A stretch of 64,000 nt of DNA from Chrysomallon squamiferum (lineage: Eukaryota; Animalia; Mollusca): NCBI GenBank assembly GCA_012295275.1, contig CM022673.1, forward strand, positions 24,118,001 through 24,182,000. Direction: 5' to 3'. The notes under the pieces were generated by a model. That model did no database searches. It was given only the letters and a program-made list of their open reading frames with translations, and had not been told where the DNA came from. Positions 45,345 to 57,789 of the stretch are shown here, piece by piece (position 1 is the first letter of the stretch; each line of letters starts with the position of its first letter). The translations under genes and the position numbers were made by a program.

Positions 45345-47339
45345 GTATTAAGTACTTACATATATATATATATATGTACTCAAGGAAATACAACTCCTAC
45401 ATGAAATTATTTTAACGTATAACTATTTGTTGAAACTTTATATCCAGAACGTGTTGTTAAGATAGGATCGTATTTGTGTGCATCCATGTGTGTGTGTGTG
45501 TGTGTCTCTATGTGTGTGTATATGTGTGTGCATATATGTATATGTGTATGTACGTGTATGTGTGTGTATGCGTGCGTGTGTATGTAAATTTATATATAAA
45601 ATTAATCTCTATCAGAGAAAATAGTCGCTGTCTAGTCTTATAGAAATAAACACAGACATGAAAATAAACAGAAAATCGCTGTGTGTAGATAGTCAGCAGG
45701 ATGTTCGAGACACCAGCTAGATCCACCCCTGTTTTGTATGTTGATTCCATCAGTCGAATCACAAACATGCAGTCATTCATTCATGTTGTTATCAGGAAAC
45801 GTGTTCAAGTTGCATATTAAGATAAGTAGCGGAAATACAACTACAACAACAACGACAATATTTGTTCTTTTATTTTCTTTTTTTATAATCAGAAAGAGAA
45901 CTTTTACGATGAAAAATTAAATTAAATTAATTTTTCACTCTGCTGGTAAACTTAATTGAAAAAAAGAAAAAAAAAAAAAAAAAAAAGAAAAAGAAAAAGA
46001 AAATTAAAGAAAAGAAGAAAACCACAACAAAATAAAACAAACAAAGTAACTGGAATCCATTAACAGACAATAAATTCTATATAAATAAATAAATAAATAA
46101 ATTAAAATATAATAAAAGAAAAGAAAAATAAAATAAATAAAAGAAATGAATAAATAAAAGTAATAATAACTCAAACACTAAACATATTCCTTCTTTGAGA
46201 TGTAAACAAACCTCATTTCACCTTCAAACTATATAAAATCGAAATGCCCAGTAAATAAATATTTGCATAACGATTAATGATCACATGATAATGTTTACTA
46301 TTCTAAACAGTTAAACTTATTCTTTGTATACAACAATAAAATAAATAAATAAATACAAAAATTCAAAGCATCGATAAGTCGGTTTATTCTTATAAATAAA
46401 CAGTAAAGGTTCTGTTATACAGTGAACAAAACTACGACACAGTTGTTAGTAGGACATCAAAGTGACTTAGAAAACATATCACAGTGTAATCTATAATTCT
46501 ACACAAGTGAACATGGCGACATTTTGAACCAGTGATTAACTTAATTAAAGCAGTCGTTTATAGCGGAAATTGTGTGTGACACGACACGGTGATGTCACGA
46601 ACTGAGGATTAACCTAAACACCGGACTATCTGGTCTATCTGCGTGATTTATTATCAACAGTTTGCTGGTGGACTGAGAGTCATCTGAACAGAGAGAGAAT
46701 TGTGGAAGTTAATTGCATGCTACAGTATTTTCCACAAAACTTATTTTATATCTTAGAAGTAACTTTTCAAAATTCCGCTGTTGTTTTGCACGCTGTTGAG
46801 CCAACACTTTTGTATATTCCAATTCTGATAACGGCTGATCGTTTCCGTGAAGGAGTTACGCAAACATTCCGTTGTGTGTTATTAAACTATAAATCAGATT
46901 TTATTTACGCTTTGAAACGACGCAAATTTAAGCTATTTTTCTATTATGACGGGGGCGATACTAATTTCATTTCGTTTACTTTCGTTCAAACTGTTATTTT
47001 TGTTTGCGTTAGCATGTGGGTGTTTTCATTAATGTCACTGATATTTTGGATATTTCAGTTGAAAACGTTCTTCTATAATTTATTCATGTATTCTTTACAT
47101 ATTGTTGAGTGCAAAGACCATTTCAATTAATAAAAGACTTTATTGGTTGTTTTTTTTCCTGACATCGCCCAAAAGACAGTTATAACAATATGAAGAGGCT
47201 AGAAAGATAAACAGATAAGTCATTCGTGGTCGAATAACATCAGGATCATTCTGCTATAAAACACTCCAGCACATACACACTTGTAATCACCTCTTCTGTC
47301 GTTATTCAATATACCCAGCATCAGACATTTGTTTGAAGA

Positions 47340-47500
47340 AAAGAATGGCCTTTCCGCTTCTCGGCCAGTCCTCGCAGATGACAGTGCAATATCACAAACC
47401 GGAAATCCTGCCGTGAAGGTTAATCGCGTGTTTTGATTGGCTGGACCACGGAGCGTTTCGGAGATGTCAGGATACGCGATCGTTTTGGAAAATGGTAATT
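47340..47500. promoter_or_regulatory. CpG-rich promoter-like region 1.5 kb upstream of DNMT2
   Basis: ACCGGAAA ETS site (~47398), GATTGGCTG CCAAT box (~47435), dense CpG, and a minus-strand donor at 47291/47290. Confidence 0.5.
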
Positions 47501-47736
47501 CGTTATAATTTCGAATTGATCTTCACTGGTGAGATGTTTCAGGAAGTTAGTGTTGAGAGATGCGCTGACTCCAAACTCTATTGTTAAACAAATCTATTAG
47601 TGGAGTCGTGAAGACTTACAGCAAACATCAATTAGTCTTTCTGATTTATGTTTTTAATATTACATCAGATCCGACTGTCATTATACCAGAGAAAGTATGA
47701 GAAAAAGTAATAGTGAGAAAAAAATATATATACACA

Positions 47737-47827
<91 letters not shown>

Positions 47828-48933
47828 GGGGAAAAGAAAAGAATAAAGGTATCAAAGGAAATAAAAGAAAGAAACAAAACTGGAAAATGAGGAATAGCGA
47901 CTGAAAAAACGAAGAAATGAAAGCAAGAGAAACTATTAATAAATGAAGAAAGGAATTAGAGATGATAACGGGAAGTCAGCTCTGAAGAGATAAGCAGATG
48001 TAACTTCAAAGAGTCGCGTTCTCTTTAATAAATGAAATCATCAATATGCAGAAAGGCGCAGTTCACATTAAATTACAATGTTAGAACTGGCTTCATATTC
48101 AGACCTGAAGCTGCGCTGAAGCATTACACGCATTTTTTTAAAAATATTTTTGAAAGCACGTAACTTTTGAATGAATTGAAATATGTATTTATATATTTTA
48201 GGCAGATAGTTTGAGTGAGTGAAACAAAATGAATCAGAGCAAGCTGTTGTGAAGCACGGCTGTGACAGGCACGCTCTCCGAGAAAGCCAGTGACTGTCGC
48301 AGAAAAGTTAGTTTGACGTAATCCTACCATTAAGTACCTATTACGATGACGTCACGTTCGATCTCCTCTTCTAATGTATTAATAATAGCAGTAATAATTA
48401 CGAAAACAGCAAATAAGTAAATAAATAATTATGTAAATAAATAAATAAATATAAAATAAAATGAAATGAAATAAAACTAATTTAAATTAAATTAATAAAT
48501 AAGTAAGTATGTAAGTAAGCAAGTAAATAAATAAATAAATTAAAACAAAACAAAATAAAATAAAATAAAATAAAATAATTAGTTTACAGACAGTAAATTT
48601 AAAAAGTTATGTTGTTAAAACAGAGATTTTAATTGTAAAGGAAAATCACTATTCCACTTATCTATATTTTGTGTATATAACTGTTTGTCATTCCTGTTTA
48701 AGCATAGTTAAATATGGATAAATACCTCAAATGTTGCATAATTTACACCTAAAACATATTATATATAAAGTATTATGATACTGTTTGGTAGCAAAATCAT
48801 TCGTTTTCTTGGTTAAAATCTTTTATCATTTTTGTGCTTCTAAATAAAGGTTTCTCTTTGTTGGTTCTTTTTTTTTTTTACAAACTGTTGGTGCTCCACC
48901 TCAGTGGAAGGCAGTACAAATAAAGAAGTTGTA

Positions 48934-49006
48934 ATGGCAGCGCCCAGGGTTTATCGCGTTCTCGAGTTATACAGTGGTATCGGTGGAATGCACTGTGCTC
49001 TAAAAG
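48934..49006 (+). CDS. TRDMT1: DNMT2 exon 1 (motif I)
   Basis: MAAPRVYRVLELYSGIGGMHCALK, donor G|gtttat. Confidence 0.92.
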
Positions 49007-49472
49007 GTTTATTTAGTATTTATTTGAGATATTGTGCGGAATTACTGTCAAATTTAAAAGCTTTGATTCAAATATTTATTTTCGTTTCTGATATCTGTAA
49101 AATATATCTATAATACATTTTGGTTTGTTTTCGTTATTTACTTGATATCGTAATTTATTAACTACTTTGGAGATATAAATAAAATAAATGAATTAAATAA
49201 TATATAACAGCTTTGTAAACATTTACAGAGATTGTAACTGAGTAATTACTTAAATAATAATAATAATAATAATAATTTTATATAATAATAATGTTTCTGT
49301 TTTTTTATTTTTTATTTATTTATTTATTTATTTAATTTTATTGTAGAAAGTGGTATTAGTTATACAGTTGTAGCGGCAGTTGATATCAACACAACTGCCA
49401 ACCGTATCTACCACAGCAACTTCCCTCACACAACCCTGATTAGTTGTGGTATTGAGGTAAACATTATTACAT

Positions 49473-49538
<66 letters not shown>

Positions 49539-52500
49539 TGAATGTGTGTTTATTGTAACAGAATGACAGAATTTCATTACTGCAGCCACCATATGAAAGT
49601 TATCATGTTATGTATTTATAAAATATTAAACTGACTTGTTTTTACATTTAATTTTAGAAGTTAACGACTGAACAGATGAACAAGTGGAAAGTTGACATGA
49701 TTCTCATGAGTCCTCCATGTCAGCCATTCACTCGAGTTGGTAAAAAACGAGATGTTGACGACATTCGAGCTAAGTCGTTTTTACACGTGCTCAGTCTGCT
49801 GGAGAGGTTGGTGTGTTTGCTTGCGTTTCTGTTACTGGCCACGTGTTTTCACTGTCTCATTTCTGTTGTGTTCTGTATGAAATAAACTTACCTATATAGT
49901 ATATGATACACTCTGTTGATATACAGTTTAAATTTCTATGAATTATGCTTGTATCGTTTGGATCTTCTTGGTATTTAAAAAAAAAAAAATTGGAAATAAT
50001 TATTTAAACATGTTTTGTTTCAGGTTAGAGGTGAAACCTGATTACATTCTGGTGGAGAATGTTAAAGGTTTTGAAAAGTCTCAGGCCAGACAGTGTCTGA
50101 TAGAAACTTTAAAATCTTGTCACTATGTGTATCAGGTAAATTGTTGTCTTAAAGTAAAAACTAAAATCTGATTTTGACACTACCTGCGTGAGGTAAATCT
50201 CTGATCTAAACAAATGTTGTGGATCATAACACATATAATTTGGTCATACGTATTTGATCCAAAATAATAATTTGTTATTTTACAGAAACAGACATCTAAA
50301 GCAAAACAGATAATTTAGTCTTTTTTTAAATGAAGAATATGACAATACTGTAATAAATTAAATAAATATAATACAGAAAGAATAAAATATCAGAAAATAG
50401 TATAACTCATTTAACAAAAAGACATACAACCCTCCGAAAAATAACAGATTATTTTTCAGCAGTATCAGCCCAACAGCTATAATTCATATGGTTTAGTTTC
50501 TTAACAAACACTTTTAATAACTATTATCATTTTGCAGTTAGAAGACGTAAATCATTCTAAAGCTTTATTTGCATGTGATAAATAATAAAATATCAGAACC
50601 TTCGCACTCGTATATAAAAGAGAAAAATAACTAACTATATAAAAAAATATTTCCAGATAAAAAACAACCCACCAAAACAGTTACTTTGCTGCAAATGATA
50701 AAAAATATTTTCAGAATTTCAGTTTTTTTCAGTTGTTTCTTTCTTATTTTCAGGAATTTCTTCTGACTCCACTTCAGTTTGGAATCCCAAACAGTCGACT
50801 AAGATATTATCTCACTGCCAAGAAATCACCTTTATCTTTTACCTTCACTTTATCTCCTGATGTAAATATCTGATAAACCCATTCATTCTCAACTCGAATC
50901 TAACTCAAGTCTTGATCTTTAAAAATGTTTTTTTTAATAATAGATATAAGATCTTTATTTATTTATAAATTTATTTATTTATTTATTTGTTTATTTGTTT
51001 GTTTACTTGCTTATTTACTTACTTTCTTTATGTTTTTGAATGCAGTAAAACACAGTGTTTTATAATTTATTTATTTTTTATTTATGATGTCTTACATATA
51101 ATGGTTGCAGGTAGTAAGTCTAATTTGTAAATAATTTATTTTTTTAAGTGTGTGTTGTGAACAGTTTAACACTGTACATAAGTTACTTGAATAATTAACA
51201 CAGCTTCTACAGTACTAATTTTTATATTTGTTCTGTCGTAAAACAAAGTGTTATAGAGTCATTAATAAATAAAAATAATTTCAGATGTAAACTCTCTGCG
51301 TTTTTTTAGAAACAGATTTTAAAGAAACAAGGAAATATGAATTATTGTGTTTTTATTTTTTAAAGTTAAAGATATTTAAAATATATTTAGTGTTAATATC
51401 TGTTTTTTTATTTACACACAGATACAAAGCAGTTTGCCATCAAGGGCAGCAGTGTGGCTGGTGCATAAAAATAAAACTTCTCAGTGTTGTCATGACAACT
51501 CATCAGCTGGTTTTACTTCAGAGAATTGTCTTGAAGGAAGACTTCAAACAGTTGTCGTTTCAGAAAATTCTGAAGACTGCAGAATGAAGATGGATATGAA
51601 AGACAACTCTTGTATTTCTGAGACAAATCATGCTGAAAATAACATTGACAAATCTATAGACTGCTGTATGGGCAAAAATTCTATCTCAGATTTTTATAAT
51701 CAGAAAATACAAGTCAGAGATAGCACAGCTCCTCAGTCAGATGGGGATTTTTTTTCCAACAAACCCATAAGTGATAAAGCTGAAGATACAAGTTTGATCT
51801 GTTTGAAATCACACAGTGAAAATCTGTTACATTCTCAGACTATTGAGGTTTGTCGTGTACAGTACGATGACCAAGAATCTGCTCAGTCTGATAAGATATC
51901 TTGTTCTGACAAGTCTATTAATACTCAACAGTTCCAGACGGGTGCAGTGCCTACTCAGTCTGACGAGTTTATGTGCTCTAGTCATGACCATCATCCGAAA
52001 CGTTGTGATTCGTTAATAATAGCTGAGCATTCTGATAACCATTGTAATCTGTTAGCTCAGAATTCATCAGAAACATCTGATATTAAATCAGAAAAACTTC
52101 CATTTGAAAACGGTATGAGTAATTTCAACAACCATTCGTGTTTGTCAGGTAAAAACAAACAGGAGGAAAGACAAGACTATGAAAACTATGGAGAGAATCT
52201 GAGACTGGAGGGTGAGCCAGACTCACAGCTGTTTGCTCACTGTGAGAGACTTGGAGAATTCATGGAGAAGAAACCTGAAGATTACTTTGAAAAGTTTCTG
52301 CTTGGTGACAGAGAGCTGAAGATGTTTGTAATTATGGACATTGTTCATTCCAACCTGAGGAAATCAAGTTGTTTTACTAGAAGGTAGATAATGAATTCAA
52401 TGTATTTCTTAATTAACTGTTTAATTAACAGTTAGATATCCGTTCAGATTATCCTGAAATATGTTCTGTGTATTTAGCTATGTATGTATGTAGAATTAAA

Positions 52501-53664
52501 TTAAAGAATATTTTAAATTTGTATATATAATTTGTCAATATAGATGCCACATGTTAGACTTATCATATAATTTGTACAAATTAAATAGAAATTAAGAAGA
52601 AACAAATAAAATTAGGAAGTTAACAAAGTGAACTTTAATACTTATTCACGCCATACAGGTACAGTTTAAGTTGTGTATTATTTCAGATATGGACATTACA
52701 TGGATGGTGCAGGACCAATTGTACAGATGTCAACTAACACACAGGTGAGTTTATCTGTCATACAGCAATAGCAATTAATCTTGAGAAAAATTTGGATCTG
52801 TAATGTTTTAGATGAACATACAGAAATTTTTTTTTTTTTTTTTATTAATTATAATTCTGAGATGACTAAACTTTATATACTGAATATTTTTAATTTCATG
52901 TTTCAACCAAGGCCAAAAACTTGATGTATATTTTTTATGTATGTGCAGAAAAGCAAAACCAAAGATCTCTTGGTGTTTAAATAAGAGTTTTATTACTTAC
53001 TAAGGTGGTGAAGTCTGTGAGTGAGCTGAAGTCAAGGTTTGTGGAGGACAGACAGAGTTGGGAGGAGACAGACTTACAGACAGTTCGTGATTTACGACTG
53101 AGATACTTCACACCAAGAGAAATAGCAAATCTCTTGTGTTTTACACACGACTTTGGTAAGTTCCCACTTTACTGAAATGTATGCCTAATAATCTAACATA
53201 TTTAGCAATATTTATTCTTTATTTAAGAAACAGAGAAAGAAAAAACAAAACAAAAAAAAACATAACAACAACAATCTATAGAATGAATGATAAATAATAA
53301 ACACTAAGGTTATGACTATTTTTACAAACAACAATAACAGATAATTATTATAACATCAACATTTTTTAAAAGCAGTCATAAGTTAGTAATTGTATCAAGA
53401 ATGAAACTTCATTCATGCTTATTTTTGTAGAATGGATTAACATTTGCTTAGTATTGTTTTGCAGCATATTTTTCATTGGTCAGTATATACTTGTGTTACA
53501 TTGCATATTTTGATTAAAATTTTGGTCTTTGTATTTGAAAATCATAAAATTAATTTGTTTTAGTATTGCCAGAGGATCTCTCTATCATACAGCTCTATCG
53601 TTGCCTAGGAAACAGTCTGAATGTTCATGTCGTGTCAGTTCTTATTCGTCTAATGACAGAATGA
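48934..53664 (+). CDS. TRDMT1: tRNA (cytosine-38-C5)-methyltransferase DNMT2, 9 coding exons, 1824 nt, 607 aa
   Basis: Exons 48934-49006, 49347-49456, 49658-49806, 50024-50135, 50754-50861, 51422-52383, 52687-52744, 53005-53155 and 53564-53664 join in frame through GT-AG introns. Motifs present: I VLELYSGIGGMH, IV SPPCQPFTR, VI ENVKGF, VIII QFGIPNSRLRYY, the DNMT2-specific CFT, IX LRYFTPREIANL, X YRCLGNSLNVHVV. Confidence 0.97.
49347..49456 (+). CDS. TRDMT1: DNMT2 exon 2
   Basis: tgtag|(E)SGISYTVVAAVDINTTANRIYHSNFPHTTLISCGIE|gtaaac. Confidence 0.95.
49658..49806 (+). CDS. TRDMT1: DNMT2 exon 3 (catalytic PCQ motif IV)
   Basis: tttag|KLTTEQMNKWKVDMILMSPPCQPFTRVGKKRDVDDIRAKSFLHVLSLLE(R)|gttggt; the acceptor is a TAGAAG NAGNAG. 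Confidence 0.95.
50024..50135 (+). CDS. TRDMT1: DNMT2 exon 4 (ENV motif VI)
   Basis: ttcag|LEVKPDYILVENVKGFEKSQARQCLIETLKSCHYVYQ|gtaaat. Confidence 0.95.
50754..50861 (+). CDS. TRDMT1: DNMT2 exon 5 (motif VIII)
   Basis: ttcag|EFLLTPLQFGIPNSRLRYYLTAKKSPLSFTFTLSPD|gtaaat. Confidence 0.95.
51422..52383 (+). CDS. TRDMT1: DNMT2 exon 6: 962-nt enlarged variable region ending in the CFT motif
   Basis: acacag|IQSSLPSRAAVW...FVIMDIVHSNLRKSSCFTR(R)|gtagat; contains the 317-aa ORF of the track in frame. Confidence 0.9.
52687..52744 (+). CDS. TRDMT1: DNMT2 exon 7
   Basis: ttcag|YGHYMDGAGPIVQMSTNTQ|gtgagt. Confidence 0.93.
53005..53155 (+). CDS. TRDMT1: DNMT2 exon 8 (motif IX)
   Basis: actaag|VVKSVSELKSRF...LRLRYFTPREIANLLCFTHDF|gtaagt; the 5' boundary relies on a weak AAG acceptor. 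Confidence 0.85.
53564..53664 (+). CDS. TRDMT1: DNMT2 exon 9 (motif X, stop)
   Basis: tttag|(V)LPEDLSIIQLYRCLGNSLNVHVVSVLIRLMTE*. Confidence 0.95.
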
Positions 53665-53737
53665 TATTAACACTTGAGAAATGGCAGACCTCCCATTGAC
53701 GTTCAAGGCTGTGAATATATGTAATAGATATATATAT

Positions 53738-53790
53738 ATTAAATTTACTATTTCAAATACTGGTTTTTGTGATGTGTAGTTTGTACAGAC
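53738..53790 (+). terminator. Probable DNMT2 polyadenylation signal
   Basis: ATTAAA at 53738 followed about 20 nt later by the GU/U-rich tract tggtttttgtgatgtgtagtttgt. Confidence 0.4.
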
Positions 53791-53877
53791 AGTGCACAAG
53801 ACAACAACACACAGACACAAAAGAGAAACAAAAATATCACTGGACAAAAGCACAAATAAGAACTACACACATTAGAC

Positions 53878-54350
53878 CAGTGGTTCTCAAAGGGTGTGCC
53901 CCACGAAATTCTAGGATCTAGGTAGATATTTGTGATGATAAAAAATTGATTATGTTAAGAGCAGAAATAAATCCAGTAAGAAATAGCCGGTTGCCTGGAA
54001 GAAGATTTTGTACAAGTTGTAAACTCGTTTGAAATGATTTTTGGCTGATGAGCAAGCGCGGCTGCGCAAGACTGCGCAGTAGTTTACCAGTGACAGTAGG
54101 AGTGATAGGGCTTGCAAGTGTGATAAATAGCCAAAGTTTTCTTGTGACACATTTATTCCTATCACTGTCACAGTCACTACCTATCTAAAACTTTAATACT
54201 TTATGGCATTTTAGCCTATTATAGGTGTTTTACATTTGTTAAAAGCAAACGATTGATAAAAGATTTCCCTCACTGCACAATGCACACGATTTAAAATATA
54301 GCCTTTGTACCGTTATTTGACATTGCTCTGTCCATTTCAAATTATAATAT
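53878..54350. mobile_element. Probable hAT/Charlie-type DNA transposon remnant (left end only; right boundary uncertain)
   Basis: CAGTGGTTCTCAAA is a typical Charlie TIR start, preceded by cattagac, which resembles the NTCTAGAN target preference. No matching right TIR was seen. Confidence 0.45.
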
Positions 54351-54426
54351 TTTTGAAGAAATTGCCAAGACACGTCAGGCTCATACTTCTCATCAGCACA
54401 AAATAGATGATGAATAAAGGTATATA

Positions 54427-54862
54427 CTCACACAAGAGTATTTAACTCTAAATATGTCAGTGAACATCTCTCACACAAGGACGGTAACTCTAAATATGTC
54501 AGTGAACATCTCTCACACAAGTGCGGTAACTCTAAATATGTCAGTGAACATTTCACAAAGGAAAAACAAATGGTACAGATTCCAGGACGACAACTCTAAA
54601 TTGTCAGTGAAATGATGAAGAATCTAACTCTAAATATGTGAGGGAACATCTCTCACACAAGGGCGGAACTAAATATCAGTGAACATCCTCGGCACAAGCC
54701 GGTAACTCTAAATATGTCATTGAACATCACAATATCCTTAACTTTTCGGTGAACATTTCACACAAGGGCGGTAACTTTTTAATAAATTTTGAACATCTAT
54801 ATTTCTTAAATCAAAATAAGTTTTCACACAAGGGCGGTAACTCAATGTATTAGTGAACATCT
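54427..54862. repeat. 42-bp minisatellite, partly scrambled
   Basis: aactctaaatatgtcagtgaacatctctcacacaag at 54444, 54486 and 54528, then degenerate copies. Confidence 0.85.
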
Positions 54863-57748
54863 TTCTTGAAGAAAAACTAATGGTACAGTTTCCCGAGAAC
54901 CGTTTATACCAAAATGATGAAGAATTGACAACCGATTCAGCAATATCCTTCTTACAGATTTCTGTATTTTTTTACATTTTGCATTATATTTCTTACATTT
55001 TGACAATTTTTTGTAAAACCCGACAAAAAGTTAGAAGATGACACCAGACAGAAAACACAAAAGAAACCAGTACAATATAAATATTACACACAGTATACAG
55101 GACAAGGCACAGAAAAACGTCACACCACAACATGCACCAAAGATACCATATGCCAAAAACTCAACACATAACATGCACACCAGCCCATTTAAAAAAATCA
55201 CACAAACTTCTAGTTACTCTAAATTCCACCATGCTTCGCTGCTATCTCCATCAATAGGTCAAACCATGCAGATATTTAGAAACATCTGACGTGAAAGCTG
55301 TGCAAATAAATGTAAAGGAAAACTAACCTGTCTGTCTGTCTTTATGTCTGTATATGTCTCTGTGACTGCTTGTGTAGCTACATATCTATATCATTGTACA
55401 TTTATCCTCTCCCTATCTCACATTCAGCTTCATATCAGATCTCCACCTGTGCAATCTCTGCTGTGGTTAATGAAATGTTACTTTAATACGAGCTCAGCTT
55501 TTACTGTAAATTCAGGATATCACAATATTAACATGGGAAACTGAAATACATTATACATACTAACACATTTTTACACGTATACAAGCACCAAACTGTCTGT
55601 CTATCTATCCATATCTACATTTACCTTCTCTCACATACATAACCAAACATTCTTATACATATACAGTTGCCTAACGATCTATGTCTCTATCTATCAGTTT
55701 ATCTCTGAAAAGCTAATAAAATATAACAACAATGTCCCTCTTACATTATTATTTCAAAATATAGATAATATCGAACAAAATATCACATTAGTTTTTCTGT
55801 TGAATTCCCCTTCTGCTAGTAAAAAAAAAAAAAAAAAAAAAAAAAATCGTTATCTCAAATTATGTATAGTAAAATAGGTCATCGTATTATTCTGTTGCCG
55901 AAAAAGCATAGCTATCCACATATATGTCCCTCTGTCTGTCTAAGAAAAATCCATCCATCCATCTATCTGTATGTGCACTCATGCATCCCTCTAACACGAA
56001 AAGGATGGATGCACATTTTCTTCTGTGTATATCACACCTGCAAAACACCTGATATTACCAGCAAAGAAGAACGTTTGTGTGGAAGCTCAGCTTATATTTT
56101 ATAATGTGCTCTAGCTTTTTCCACTAGTATAAAAGATTCATATCACTCAGCGGCAAAGTTCCAATATCATCTGTACTAATACAAGATCAGCATTATCTAG
56201 CGCCTTCTTCTTTTTTCCTGTGTAATATCAAATTTAAAAAAAAAAAAAAAGAGTAATTTTTCTATATCACTGAATATACACTAGATTATGCAATGAAAGA
56301 AAAGCTTGATATCCTATTATTAATATGAACTGTGACGTTAATCCCTTTCTTATTTACTTTTCTTCTATAATCTTACTAACGGAACTGGAAACTATGCGTC
56401 TCCCTATAATACATCGATCTTCCTCCCTGTAGAATAAAAAAAAAAATGTAAGAAAAAAACAAATGAACTAGAGGGGCAGACAGACAGTTAGACTGGTATC
56501 ATTTATCATTTCATTCATCTACTGATAGGTTTATCATTATGTCGATTCATTCCCCACTCACTGCCTACCTACTTCTCCCTGTGTCCCTCTATCTGTCTGT
56601 CTTTCTCTGTATATATCTGTAGATATTAGTATGTTCGCCAAATTATTAAAACGGTAATTTATAGTTTTTTAACCTGTTTCGTATTATCTGTATCAACCCG
56701 GACGCCTTTCTTTATTAGTGAATAAACACAGCTTCTTCTGTGAAATAAAATACTGATATCACATCTCCATATATTCTGTGCTTCTTCTAATAGAATACAC
56801 CCTACTTATAATTTAATCTGTGATGTAGCAGAATCTCTCCTTTTACCTAATTTTGAGAACTGTTAAAGAAAAAGGATGTTGATCTCAAACCCCAGCCCGA
56901 CTATATTTTTTATTTATTATACTCTGGAGAGTTTTTTTGAACGCTCACTTCTGAGCGCTAAATACAAATACACGACATATTTTGAAATGATGCGTTAAGT
57001 GACAGTCTAAAAATAGTGTGACAAGAGTGACAAAGGTGGTTCAACAAGCTGAGCTTAAAAATAACAGGCAACTTTTGTGTGATTAAGTGTTTAACTGTTC
57101 CAAATCACCATGGATCACAAAAATACCGCCAAGTTTAAAGTGTATAAGAATCTGGAGTTTTCTGTGACACCAGCCTCGATTGTCAATACTGTTATAATCA
57201 TCTGCTAGGTTGTATTTAAACATCAGATAACTAAGTACTGTCTCTCTTGTACTTCGAATTTCACTGAGCGATAAACTGCTATTCAATACTTTTATGTTAC
57301 TATTATTATTATTATTGTTTTTGTTATTTTATTTTTATCCAATTAAACCATGAAATATGTCACATGAGGGTTAAAATATGAGCATAACTAAATTTGATTT
57401 ACTTTATCTAATCTGTTGTTTCTGAAATCATATGATCATGATATCGAACTCCAGGATGGGATTGACTGGTTCGGTCCTACAAGCCGTCGAATGCACGTGT
57501 TTTTCCATGATGCCATTCATGACCCACAGTTGTTGGTTTTGTAGACAGACTGTATAGTTAACTGGTTAATAAATTACAACAGAGAAGGAAAATAAAAAAA
57601 AGGGAGAAAATTAAAAAAGAATACGTTGTCTTTTAATTTGTGTAAACCTGGGTCAGTCATTCTTATTTTCATTCATTGTAACATCGCAACAGATAAATGA
57701 TACAGTCATTACAGATCTAACTGTTAATTTTACTCACAAGCACACACG

Positions 57749-57789
<41 letters not shown>

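Noticed and set aside
46702-47130. 142-aa plus-strand ORF
   Set aside because: GTG start, F/I/L-biased composition typical of AT-rich non-coding DNA, no recognisable domain.
48904-48933. GTG-initiated N-terminal extension of DNMT2 given in the ORF track
   Set aside because: The ATG at 48934 has a good context (gtaATGG) and gives the usual short DNMT2 N-terminus before motif I.
53878-56865. A full 3-kb hAT element ending at tttgagaactg (~56853)
   Set aside because: The right end lacks the full TTTGAGAACCACTG complement and a matching TSD, and there is no transposase ORF inside.
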